A stretch of 48,460 bases of DNA, filler included, from Jimgerdemannia flammicorona (lineage: Eukaryota), in assembly GCA_003990765.1 (NCBI GenBank). It is 2 parts of 2 records of this genome, joined end to end, with 100 filler letters (N's around TTAATTAATTAA, not from the genome) between each part and the next. Parts side by side here need not be neighbours in the genome. Positions count along the whole stretch, not along the records: positions 24,283 to 48,460 come from RBNJ01001011.1; 1 more part is not named here. One strand, given 5' to 3'. A program made the translations under genes and the position numbers. Below are positions 24,441-36,637 of the stretch, piece by piece (position 1 is the stretch's first letter; each line of letters begins with the position of its first letter). The notes beneath the pieces were generated by a model. The model was not told the origin of the DNA. It saw nothing but the letters and a program-made list of their open reading frames with translations, and searched no databases.

Positions 24441-25910
24441 AAGGTTCGTGTAACCGGATGTATTGCAAAGTCCAAAGGGCATTTAGAGATATTCAAACAG
24501 TTTTCTTAGAGCAAGAAAGACTGTCTTTTGAATGTCTTTTGGGTCTATTGAGATCTTATGGAATTCTGCAAAAAGGTCTATACTGCTGAAGTATCTGGTA
24601 TCTTATAACTAATCCAAGAGGTCATCAATTCTGGGCAAAGGATAGGCATTCTTTTCAGTAACTATATTGAATTTTCTATAATCTATACAAAGTCTCCATC
24701 CTCCTTTCTTTGGTATAATAAGTATAGAGCTGGCCCAGGGGCTGGTTGAGGGTTAGATAACTCTATTATCAAAGAGTTCTTAAATGTACTTCTTTTTGAA
24801 TATCTTTAGATAATGGGGTATTCTATAGGGTTTCTGTCAGATAGGTATTGCATTTCCTATATTTATACTATAGTGATATGATGGGTTGTATGGTAGGTTG
24901 CCATAATCAGTAGTGAAGATGTCTTGATATTGTTAAGGAGTTCCACTAGTTGTTGCCATTATTGGGGTATCAATTCTTCTCCAATGTTGGTGGAAGGTTT
25001 TACTATCTCCTGAGTTGCAGAGGGGCCTTTCCTTTCTTCTGAGATCTTTTGCCATTTCCCAAGAAGTTTAGTTCATAAACTTCGAGTTTGGTTGAGAAAA
25101 GGCACTAGATATCATATGATAGTTTCTTTTAGCAAGATGATGGTTTCTCAACTTTGGTTGATTACTTGGGAGTATACTGGATTCATCTTGTTGGAGAATA
25201 TATATCCTTCTATATCCAAGTGTGAGATATCTTCATTGGGCTTGAAGAAGAGGTTTCTGTGGTCAGATGGTGCAAAGATTTCGAAGGTGGTTTGTTCTCC
25301 TGAACTTCCAAATCCTTTGACTTGTCTTGTTCTTTCAGTCAGTTCAGAGACTTCTATAATTATGGAGTCTTGAACTTTATGATGACTGCTTAGGCAATCT
25401 TCTATTCTCTAATGATTCAGTACTATTCTGTACTACTGTTATGTAGAATGACCTTGATTTCACTGGTATATTCTGGGTCAATGATTTCTCCTTCTATGGT
25501 TATTCCTTGTCTGGCAAGTACAGATCTTGAGGTCAGTTGGATGTAAGCTCCTTAGAGTGGCTGCATGACTAGTCTGGTTCTGATCATAAATGTTTTTCCA
25601 AGCTTGATGAATTTATCCTCCAGACTGTGAAGATTATATTCTACATCTTCTGGGTGAACTTTGGTTGAGGGTTTGGCCTTGGGATGTAATAGGGCATACT
25701 GAGCAATATCTTTGCTGAGTTCAGACTGTTCTTGGGCTGAGGCTCCACTAGCAGAGAGCCTCCAGGCTCTGAGGTTGAGGTGTGGCCATCTGGCTCCAGT
25801 AGAGGGGTCTCAGAGATAGTTGATTCCATCCCTTTCACCAGTAACATTCAGGTGACACAGGATTCAGACAACACTTTTTACAACGTTTTTGGTGTCTGAC
25901 AACTAACAAC

Positions 25911-27840
25911 ATGGATGGCAATGATCGAACTAGTGAGCATACTGGCCAGGGGGGTGATAGTGCCTTTGGCTGGCAGTAGGTGGAGAGGAGGGGTGATGGT
26001 TTGGGGATGCCAGGGGCCTCGATGGCCAGCCGAGGCCCTGGTGGTGGAGGAAGAGGTGGTCTGAGGCAGAGAGGAGAGGAGAGGTCGACCTTTGCTGACA
26101 AGGTCAGAATGGAGAAGATGGCTTCTGGGCTCAATGGTTGGCTGGGCCTGGGGAAGGCATTGATGGCTGCTGCTGGGGGACAGGAAGGTGTGCCCAGGGG
26201 AGCTTCTGGTGGTAGGGTAGGAGCTGGAGTAGGGGCTGGAGATGTGACTGTTGATGGGACTGTGACTGGGGATCTGGCAAAAAATCCAGATGTGACAGCC
26301 ATTGGCAATTCAGGACTGGGAGTGGGCACGAGGCCCGGGGACCTGGCAGATGGGGTGACAGGTATGGTATTGGCCCCATTACTCAAGAAATCAAGGTCCG
26401 AATTTACAGTCATGATGTGCTTCCGGGGCTTAGTTGTGATGGCAAGGATGATTTTGGGGCTGGTGGTACAGGAGGCTAAGAGAGCGGTATCCGTGAAGTT
26501 TCTGAGAGGAAAGGAAGGGGTTGAGATGGGGTTTGAAGAGGAAGATGCCTTGTTGGCAGCCATGGAGAAGGGGGTGACAGTGGGTGGAGTTGTGGTCCCT
26601 ATGGCCCAGTGCATGTGGTGGTGCAGTTGACAGTGTTGGATCTACCCATGGTGTCAAAGGAGAGGACCAGGGAGTTGGTAGTGGAGGCAATCAAGGAGTA
26701 TGGAGAGATTGTTGATGTTGGGTTCAAGGTCTGGGAGGGCATGGAGCTTAGGATTGGTGATATTGATGTCAGGGTAAGGCTGGCTGGGAAGGAGAATACG
26801 GGGAAGTCAAGGGACTGGCCAGCGATGCTGAGGTGGGGACCAGTGGAGTGTAAGGTCACTAGGGTGAAGGGGACCCAGGAGGAGGAAGAGGACCTGTTGG
26901 AGGCCCTGGAGGATCTGGAAGGGGCAGTTGTGAGGAGGAGATTAGCCTGGCAGGAGTTTGAGGCCAGGACAGTGGTGGGGGAGGTGGATGGGAAGAGGGT
27001 CCGGATGGAGAATGGGACCTGGGAGAAGATGCAGGGGAGGAGAATTCAGAAGGAGCTGCTGGCGAAGTTGGGTGGGGATAGGGCTGGTGGTAGCTCAGGA
27101 GAGAGAGTGGCAGGGCTGCGGGAGAGTGCCTGGACTGAGGGGGGAGGAATGGCCCAGGGAGTGGCACCGATTGGAGTGGGGGAGGAAAGGGAAGGTGATT
27201 TGGAGGCGGATGCTGAGATGGGTGAGAGTGTGCACCCTCAGTATAGTGTCCCAGGTGGAGCTGAGGGGGAGGAGGAGCTGCTGGATGTACTGGATGAGGA
27301 GTGGGATGAGTCAGTGAGGAGGAGTGCACTGGTGGACACTGAGGTGGATGGGGGTCAAATCGCTCAGGGTGCAGTGGAAGTGGTGGATGAGGAGAAGTGG
27401 ATGTGGAAGACCCTGGAAGAGATTGTAGCTGAGGAGCTGGGGGGTGAGGATTTCAGGGTGATGGAAGAGAGACATTGGGAGAAGATCCTGTGGGGGGAGG
27501 AGGTGCTGAGGAAGATGAGGAATGAGATCCTGGCTGTCCTTCTGGAGTCAGTCAAATATCAGGTTGATGATCAGCAGGAAGAGGAACTTAGAAAGATTGT
27601 GAGTGACAGAGCACTTTTCCTGTGGAATACGAGGAAGGAGCTGGAGAAGTGGTGTGCAGTCTGCTTAGACTACCAGTCAATATGGAGGTGGTGGATGGGG
27701 TGGAGTGTCAGGAAATTTTGGAGGCACTGGATGCTCAGGCTATTGCAGAGGGTGACTTGGAAGCTGAATGGCGCTTGGATCTGGCTGGGGATGAGATGAG
27801 CATGGAATTCTAGGTTGGGGCCACTATTGCAACATTCTTC
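25911..27840 (+). pseudogene. LINE B ORF1, disrupted
   Basis: ATG at 25911, stop at 25977 and a frameshift near 26610. LEKGLVI / MEKGVTV and EALGAFGEMVDFGF / EAIKEYGEIVDVGF show homology to family A ORF1. End coordinate approximate. Confidence 0.85.
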
Positions 27841-27843
27841 AAT

Positions 27844-30800
27844 ATGAACAGTACAACTAAGATATTCTCATTGAACATTAATAGGTTATGGGGGGTGGCT
27901 AGGAGGAAGTATATATTTGGGTGGCTTAAGGGACTGGATGCGAACCTCTTCTTGTTACAGGATGTTCATTATGAGGCAGATATGAACTTCCAGAATTGGA
28001 CTAAGGAATGGGGGGGCGCAGTAGTATGGTAGGGGAAAGTGTGTATTCTCATTCAGAAAGGGATGGGGGACATTGAGGACATTGGACATTGGGGGTCTCG
28101 AGTGGTGTGGGGAAGGTGGAAGAGGCCTGGATGGGGTTCGTTGATGGTTGGGTCTTGTTACTGCTCAGCTGAGAGAGGGGAGTGAGTTGATTGGATTCAT
28201 AGGTTGAAAGAGGCTGGTATATTGGGAGGCATTGGGTTGGACTGTATGGGGGGGGACTTTAACATGGTATGGGATAAGAAGGTGGATAGAACAGATAGCA
28301 GGAGAGGCATGTGGGGTGAGAGTGGTGGGTTGGGTGACTGGCTGGAGATGGAAAGGTTGTGTTCTTTCATAGACTCAGGTAGACATTTTTGGGCTGAGTG
28401 GCAGGTATACACTTACTGGGTGGCAGGGCTGGGCTCTAGGATTGACTGGGTTCTGATGGCAGAGTATTGGGCAGTGGACATCTGGTCGGCACTGGAAGTA
28501 GTATGGTGTCTGTGGTCTGATCACTGAGGGCTGCTTGGAGGGGGGAGATTTGGGGGAAAGGAGGATGGGCCTGGACATTGGTGGCTAAATTCTTTCTTAT
28601 TGGAGGACAGGGTGTTGTGGGAGGGTTGGGAGATGGAGGTGGTGGGAAATATCAATAGGTGGTGGGAATGAGGCCTTGGGATTGAGGACTGCTAAAGACG
28701 TCTGAAGGCAAATGCTCAGGGGTATTGGAGGGAGGCAGGGAAAGAGAAGGATGCTCAGTGGAGGCAGAGGGTGCGTGGGCTTCATGGCACCTAGCTGCAC
28801 TCATGACGAGATGGGCAGGTGTGCTGGATGATGGGGAGGTGTCTAATTGGTGTATTGTGAGAATCTGGCAGGAGGTAGAGGAGCTTAAAGGAGTGTTGTG
28901 AAGAGAGGAGGAGGTGGAGATGCAGGGAATGGTGGCCCGACTGTGGTGGCAGGGGCTTGAGGAGGGGGAGAGGCCTACTCGGTTTTTGTCATAGTTGTTA
29001 CAAGCATGATATATGAAACAGTAGTGGGAGGGAGTTCTGGATGAGGATGGTGAGCTGGTGGTAGGGACTCTGACAATTCTGGGTACAATGCAAACTCAGT
29101 GGGAGAACCTATAGAGGGAGGAGGAAGGTGGATTGGATGCTCTGGATGTTGAAAGGCAGCTGGCGGATTGGCACCCAAACCCTGCCTTGGGTCTTGGGGC
29201 ATTGGGGGACCTGGTGATTGGTGAGGAAATTTGTAGGGTTGTAGCTTCGACGAGTAAGGGGACAGCCCCAGGAGAGAATGGCCTTCCCTGGGATTTTTGG
29301 CAGAAGATGGCTGGAGTGAGCAAGGTGCTGGAGGAAATGGCTGCTATGTACAATGGAGTTCTTCAGTCTGGTGCTTATATTGGGGGACAGCGATTAGGGC
29401 TAGTGTCCTTACTCTACAAAAATAAGGAGAGGCGGGAGGACTGGAAGAACTGGTGGCCCATTATGCTTCTCGACATGGACCACAAACTGGTGACAAAGAT
29501 CTTGGTGATGAGGCTGCAGGGCATGGCTCAGCAGGTACTTGGTGTGGAGCAGTGTGGTTTTGTTGGTGGTTAATTGATTCGAGATGGGACAGCTTGGGTT
29601 CATGGTGTGATTGAAGGTGCCTGGGCGGCAGGGGTAGATGGCAGATTGGTGTTTCTGGATCAAGAGAAGGCTTATGATAGGGTGCAGAGGATATGGTTGG
29701 AGAGAGTGCTGAAATGAATTGGTATTCCCCCAGGTTTTCGTGGAGCTCTGATCAGCCTCCTGGAGGACAGTCAGGTGGCATTGGTCATCAATGGCCATAG
29801 GGGGGAGACCTTTCCCCTGGGGCATGGGGTACTGCAAGGGGACCCATTGTTGCCCATATTGTATGCCCTTTCCCTGGAGTCTCTATTGGACAGGATTCGG
29901 CAGTGGATTGGAGGTTTGGATATCTTAGAGATTAATTGGAAGGTGGGGGCCTTTGCTGATGATATGGTGGTCGGGCTGGACTCCTTGGTGGATGTGGGGG
30001 AGTTACAGAGGTCTGTGGAATAGTACGAGCAGGGTTCTGGTGCTAAGCTAAACTGGCACAAGTGCAAGACCCTGGTACTTGGTACTGGTATTGTTGGTGG
30101 CGAGGTCATAGGGACAGTGGTACCGGCTGGTGAACCAGTATATTATCTGGGGATCTACTTCTCAGTGTTCAGATCTCTTCTTCCCTGGACATGGTGGGAC
30201 TGTCAGCTTCTGGAGTGGGAAAATGTTCTGCTGCATTGGGGAGGCCGGCCTATGTCTCTAGCCAGAAGGGTGATGGTGCTAAATGTGTATTAGATGCCGA
30301 AGTTGTGGTATGTGGGATACCATTTGGATTTCCCAACTTGGGTGGTCAGGAGGTTGTTGAAGATGGCTAGATCATAGATCTGGGGAGGGCAGCACAGCCA
30401 GGTTGGTTGGGAGGTTCTCACACTGCCCTTAGAAAAAGGTGGGCTGGGCTTAGTGGACTTTGCTAAGTGGCTTCTATGTCTGAGAGCTTGGTGGTTGTGA
30501 AGGGAGAGTGAGCTTAGGGGTCAGGAGTGGGTACCACTCATGCAGAGGTTGTGGGAGGTTCGGTACTCCCCATGTGGTGACTCAGGTGATCTGCTTGCGA
30601 TGGTGACCATAGATGGGAGCAGGAGGATGCAGTTTACTGGCTTCTGGTGGGGGGTGGTGGATGGTGCTAAGAAAATTGGACTTCAGTGGCAAGGTGATGA
30701 GGCCGAGGAGGATTGGAGACTGCAGATGTGGCAGTGGGACAGGCTTCTGCTGAGTGGTGTTCTGGTAGAGAGCTTTCAGCTTGGTGAGGGTCTGGAGTGT

Positions 30801-31505
30801 CTGCGGGGCCTTGGTGGGGACCTGTGGCCTGAAGCCTGGTAGAGGGTTGGAATTGGTGAGGAGTGGGACTGGCATAGGCTCTGGCTTTGGAGCAAAAGAG
30901 TGAGGCAGTGACTGCCCCCCAAGTTCTGGGTGGTGTGGTGGTGGGTCCTATGGCGGAATGTGATGCTGAACTATTGGTCTGGATACTTGGTGGACGGTGG
31001 CATATTTGAGTGCAAGGAGTGTGTCAATGTTGACCAGGAGGGGGGAGTGGTGCAAATGCCTGAACATTGGCTTAGTGAGTGTGAGGTTTTGGAGGAGTTT
31101 TGGAGATATATTATAGACAGAGTAGTGATGGATGCCTTGGAGGGCAAGGGAGGGGGGAGATGGGGTGAGCTCCGCCAGTGACTGGTGGGTGGGGTTGGGG
31201 ATGAATGGCTGACCTTTGGTTGGGCTTTGGCCATATGGGTTGGGTTGGCTGGGTATTGGATTTATGTCTTTGAGAGTGGGCACAGAGTTGGGGTTGTGGA
31301 CAAGGTGGTGCAATGGGAGTGGTTACTATTGGACATTTTGAACAGCTGGTGGTGAGATTGGGGGCTGGGTGGGGGATGCCACCAGGGTTTGGTGCAATGC
31401 ATCTTCCAGAAGAGTGGTGGGCAGATTCGGGTAGTGGGTGATTGGGTGGTGCTCAGGCAGAGGGGGGTCGAGGGGGGAGGGTTGAGGCCCTGGGGCATTG
31501 GTTGA
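27844..31505 (+). pseudogene. LINE B ORF2 (APE, RT, knuckle), disrupted
   Basis: FSLNIN, LLQD, GGDFN, RIDWVL, SDH, FLDQEKAYDRV, GVLQGDPLLPILY, AFADD, CKEC..EHWLSEC. End coordinate approximate. Confidence 0.92.
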
Positions 31506-34500
31506 GGGTGGGGATGATATTATATTATTAGAACTATAGAATTCAGTAATAAAGGGCAGTTCAAGTGACTATAAAAAAAAAAAAAAAAGAGATAGTTGAT
31601 TCCTCTTCTCCCTATAGGGTCTAGGGTTTCCATGAAGTTGGTGGCATCTTCTACCCATCCTTGGTGGGTTATATGTCTGATGAGAGCTAGGATGTCTTCT
31701 CCTAAATTGTAGATCTTGAGGATCCTTCTTCCTGGCTTCTTGGTCTGGCTTTTTTGGATCTGGCCTCTGTTATCTCCTCTCTTTAAGGTGTGGATTATAA
31801 CATTATGACTGAGGTGAATCTTCTGATGTCTGCAGTCTCAGCAATCTAAGTATCTTCTATAATTGCAATATCTCATTGCTTGGAAATGCTATTCCTAGTT
31901 GTTGATTTCTTGTTATCTCAGGAATCAGTATCCATCTTGGTCATAAGTTGGGGGAAGAGTGGACAAGGGATATACTTCTGTTTGGGTGAAGAGGTCTTGT
32001 CCTCTAAATTGACTTTGCAACTTAGTAATAACTTCTTGGAAGATAGTTGACTATGCAACTATATTCAGGAGTTCTGGTCTTTGGGGTCTCTGTCTTTCCT
32101 ATTAGTCTAGTAGATGGCACTGATAGCAGTAGTTTTAGGGAGAGTGGAAGACTATTTGATGTGGGTATCTTCCTAGCTAAAATGCTCTTTCTTGGTAAGT
32201 TTCTTTCTTGAGAATAATGGAGATCATACTGAGTCCTTCTTCTATATTCCAAGGATCATTATCTTCAGGTGGTATCTAGTAAGAGTCATCCTAGAGAATG
32301 AGTTCAGAGACCTCTTCTTCTTCAGGTGCTTCTTGTTCAGGAACTTCTTGATCAAGAGCTTCTTCTTTCTCAGATGATTCTTATTCCCAGATTGCTTGTA
32401 CTTCTGTGGCTTTGGCTGCAGGTGTTTCTGAAATATGTTTGCATTTCTTCTTTTTCTTTCTGCACTCTGGACAGGCTATGCCAGATAACTTCCTTGTCTC
32501 ACTGGTCTTAGAGAAGTGCTTGGGGCACTTGTGTCTCTTGAGACAGATGGGACATTCTTTGATTTCTCCTGCAATGACTCTGATGGTAATATAGATGGTG
32601 TTCTTGGCCTATATATTGTCTTCTGATCTGTCATCCACTAGGTTAATTTGGGAATTGAATCTGGGATCATTTCCATCTTCAGATTCTTCTTCCTCTTCTG
32701 TAGTAGATTCTTTACTACTGGTATATTTTTCCTAAATAGTGACCTTCTTCTTCTTCTTTGATTGCTCATAGCTGGTCATCTTGACTCTATACTTCTTATC
32801 TCAATAGTCAAACTTGAGTACTTGTTGACCAATATCAACAACTGTATTCATTTCCTTCATCCAGTTGATGTCAAGGATCATATCATAGATAACAGCTTTG
32901 GTGACAACAGCTTTTGGGATAAAGAACTGAATGTGTCTAAGAGAGATGGTGATGTTTCATACTTCTATAAGGAGTTGAGTTCAGGCTCCATCTGCTACTA
33001 TGATGCTGAGGTTAGATGGTCCATCAATGAGCAATTGGAGGGTATTCAGGAATTGTTTAGTAATGATATAGATAGCTACTCCTATGTCTATAAGGATTTT
33101 TGCCTTTTGTTCTCCAATATCTCTATGTAGGTAGGTGCTGACATGTCTTTCTACAGCTTAGATAGGAATGAAAGCTGGCTTCTGTTGTGGGATTGGAACT
33201 CAGCCAGTGCTAGACCTGGTAGTTCTTAGCAATTTGTTTTGAACTCTAGCTGGTATCAGTTGCAGGAACTACAGAAGGAAGATCTCCATCTTAGCTTCTT
33301 GAATCTTCTGCCAGGCCTTATAGATGTCTCTGGGTATAGTCTTTGGGGTATACTTCTTTTTAGGCTTTGGGACAGCAGGCTCCCATTCTTCTTATTCTAT
33401 TTTTTTATTCTCTAGAGGCAATTCATTTATCTCTGGGACAAAATGTGAGGAAGTTCAGAAAGGTGTTTCTACTTTTTCTTCTTTATATTCTTCATCTTCT
33501 TCTTCGATGATTCTTCTGCTGATATTTCTAGATGGTCTTCCTACAGATCTTTTCCTTTTCTCTACTGGATAGACTGTCATTTATGTAGTAACTTTGGCTA
33601 GATATAAGTCCAGATCACTGTAGTCTTTACTGTTGCTTTCTTCTTCAAAGTCTTTGACAGGATAGGCTTTAGTCTTCTTATACTGAGTTTCATTCCTTCA
33701 ATTTGGTATTTCTGAATCCCTTCAGTCACTTTTTTTATTGTCACATTTAGTGACATAGTATCTAAATTGTCCACAGTGGAAGTATTAGACTTGGGCTCTG
33801 TCTTAGACAAGGTATCTTCTTTCTTCTTGCTGATAGCTTCTATTATCTCTTAGTAGATAACCTTGGCTTCTCTGAGGTGGGCATCCTCTGTTGTCTTAAT
33901 AACTCTGATTTTCACATATAGTGAGTTTTTCAATCTGTCCAACTAATTGGTCCAACTTGGAGCTAAGGTCTTGGATTTTGCTTCTATCCTTCTTTTCTTC
34001 CTTAGCTGGCCTTCTTTCTTCAGATCTCTCTTATCCTTGAAGGAGTCCTTATAGGGCTTTGACCAGGATATCTTTCTTATTATCCATCTTGTTATGGTTA
34101 CTCCAGGTAGTTTCTTATCTGATATCAAAGAATCCTTGGACTATATCTACTTGCTCTTTGGACCTTCTAATACCTAAGGTACAGATATACTGGACAATGT
34201 TCAGGGAAATCTCATTCATGAAAGTCATTAGACTTATGCTGTTTTGGTTGGTAGTATTAAACCTAGCTATATATATTCTTTTCTGGATTCTTGTAAAGAA
34301 GGCTCTGGGTAATTCTTCAAGATTCATCTTTATCTCTATAATGGACTCTTGAGCCTTATGGTGGGTTTCATTTCCTGTATATTTTTCAATGAGCCAGTGG
34401 ACCATAGCTACATATTCCAGATCATAGGATGCTGCTGCTTATATTTGTACTGCCAGTTCTAAGTGAGGGTCATTTGTTGTTTAGTGGAAAATTCCTCTGG

Positions 34501-35272
34501 CTGGTTCTCTGAGCTGGGTCTTGTAGATGGTGATTTTTCTTTCATCAAAGAGATTTATCAAGACTGTGATTCCTTCAATTCTATTAAGGAATTCTTGAGG
34601 GTCTTCCTCTGGATATCTTGCAAAGATTGGTAATGAGGTGGCCATTTCATTGTCACTTTCTTCCAATTCTAGTTCTGGTCCAGATTCTAATTCAGATTCA
34701 GATTCAGATTTGCTTTCTGAACTGTCACTAGAGATGAGAGTACTTAGATATCTTGAGGATGGAGTTCTGGATCTTGGGTGAAGTGGAATGAGTCTAGGTA
34801 TTCTTGAAGGAGCTGCTTTCAGTTCTACAAGAGCTGGTGGTAAGAGTTCAATAGGTGGTGAGATTGACAGAACTACTGTGGGGTATCTGGCTATATGATT
34901 TTGAGCTTATATAATAAGATCTTCTAGTTTTTGGGCAAGTTCTCCAAAGTCTCTAATAGGGCCACCTGTGTTGTCTGATTGATCTGGTTGAGGATTGCAG
35001 ACTATACTGGTTTCTGGTTGAGATTCTTCTGATGCTGGATAATTGGCAAGTCTTGAAGTGATTACTTCTCTTTCTGTCTAAATGCTAGTGATAACTAGTT
35101 CTCCTATAGTGGTAGAGATTGGTGTTGTATCAAATGTATCCAGTTTGACTATTGGTTCTTGTGAGCTGAAAAGTCATATTGATTTTGAAATCTTCTCAGT
35201 TGAGTCTCCAAATATAATGTGCCTGACTCAATAGAGACAAATTACAAGGTTGGAGGTTGTACTAGTTTGGCT

Positions 35273-35282
35273 TGAGCCCCCA
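35273..35282 (-). promoter_or_regulatory. Putative tRNA-Pro primer-binding site of Gypsy G2
   Basis: Minus strand TGGGGGCTCA lies just inside the LTR end. The canonical tRNA-Pro PBS starts TGGGGGCTCG, and CG>CA is the local decay pattern. Confidence 0.6.
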
Positions 35283-36637
35283 GTTACTTTGTTAAAAGCA
35301 ATAAAATGTTCTTAGTATTTAGTGGTATATGTAATAGTCAAAGCTGGATATCTGCAAGTAATTTGTATATCAATTTCCTAATTGTGGGTATAGTGGTAAT
35401 TTGTATATATATGGTGCAGTGATCTCCAAAAGTATGCAATTTTCTACATAATGGTCTCTTTATATAGTATGATGGGTTTCCTTATATGAAGCAGTCTGGC
35501 AATTTAGCAGTCTTTCCTTCTTGGGTAGTGGCAATCTCTGTGTGATGATCTCTGTATAGTACAGTGGATTTCTTATATATAGCATTCTGACAATTTGGCA
35601 GATAACTCAATTTTAGTATAGATTCTCCTGAATTGGGCTCACTAAGAATAAGGAATGGCATGGATTCTTCTAGATCAGCTCTCTGGAATTGTACTGACAG
35701 CAGATAATTTGGAACTCAGATATTGTGAATTCTTTCTAAATCAGTAGAGTTCTTCTGGAAATGTAGTGAATAACTTAAAAACAGCAGATGATATAAATAA
35801 CTCAAATTATTGGCAAGTTATATCAAAGACTGGCTTCATGAATGGATTACTGCAAAGTTGTATCAAGAGACTGACTTGTGGCAAGATTTCTTAAGGCTCT
35901 TTAGGAATGTGAGTAACTTAGAATCTTCAGATTTATCTGGCAAGTGAACTAAAAATATAACAAACTCTTCTTTGTATTAGAAAGTAGACTGGAGTGGGAA
36001 TGGCAAAGCTCACAATCTCCTAGCAGTGGCTGTAGAATTCCTCTTGAAGTATAGTAGGCAGACTTGTCTTTTGCTTTAAATTTCAGACTCTTCTTTATAT
36101 CAGAAAGTAAACTGGAGTTAAAATGTATTCTGAATTTTGGACTGAGGTTTATTCACTCTTGTCTCTGGAGTATTTTATATAGTTGGGATTGCTACTTATT
36201 ACTATATTGCTAACTATAGATTACTAACTATGACAAGTGTTCCTTGAGAGTATAGTAAACATATATAGTTTTAAAAAAAATACTATTTCTTCAAATAACT
36301 TCTCTTTCTTCTGTTTCTAGTCACATCTCTATCACTAGTAGTTATTAGAAAATTATATTTTATTCTCAAATAACTCATATTAAACAAACTATCAAAAAGT
36401 CAACCTTTGGTCATATAGGCTGAGAAACTCTAATTAGTATATATCTGATTACTGTATCTATTAAGAACTCTATAGGGCTGAAGTATCTTGCTACTAATAT
36501 AGCAGTCAATATCCAGTTATTAAATCAGATATATGTATTAATTTAGTTAGAAGATAAGAAAAAAAAAAAAAAAAAAAAAAAAAGAATTATATATTTTATT
36601 TCAGATCTACAAATGTCTCTATAACTGAAGTATACTT

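Larger units (their letters stand above)
25828..31587 (+). mobile_element. LINE B, full-length, inactivated, nested in Gypsy G2
   Basis: Perfect 16-bp TSD AGAGATAGTTGATTCC (25812-25827 / 31588-31603). 3' end AATAAAGGGCAGTTCAAGTGACTAT plus poly(A). Confidence 0.95.
24445..36240 (-). mobile_element. Ty3/Gypsy family G2 remnant: 5' LTR, PBS, gag, protease, Cys-rich insert, N-terminal RT; interrupted by LINE B
   Basis: gag SLPIFARYPEEDPQEFLNRIEG (34481-34666); protease-like LIDIGVAINII (~33060-33095); [41 protein letters not shown] (24445-24800); LTR ~35283-36240. Confidence 0.88.

Noticed and set aside
25864..25899. TCAGACA...TGTCTGA hairpin in the LINE B 5' UTR (possible ribozyme)
   Set aside because: Only a 7-bp stem; no ribozyme fold can be supported and it is not evident in family A.
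36559..36583. Poly(A) tract resembling a retro-insertion tail
   Set aside because: Lacks the ACTAT terminal motif and a convincing TSD.
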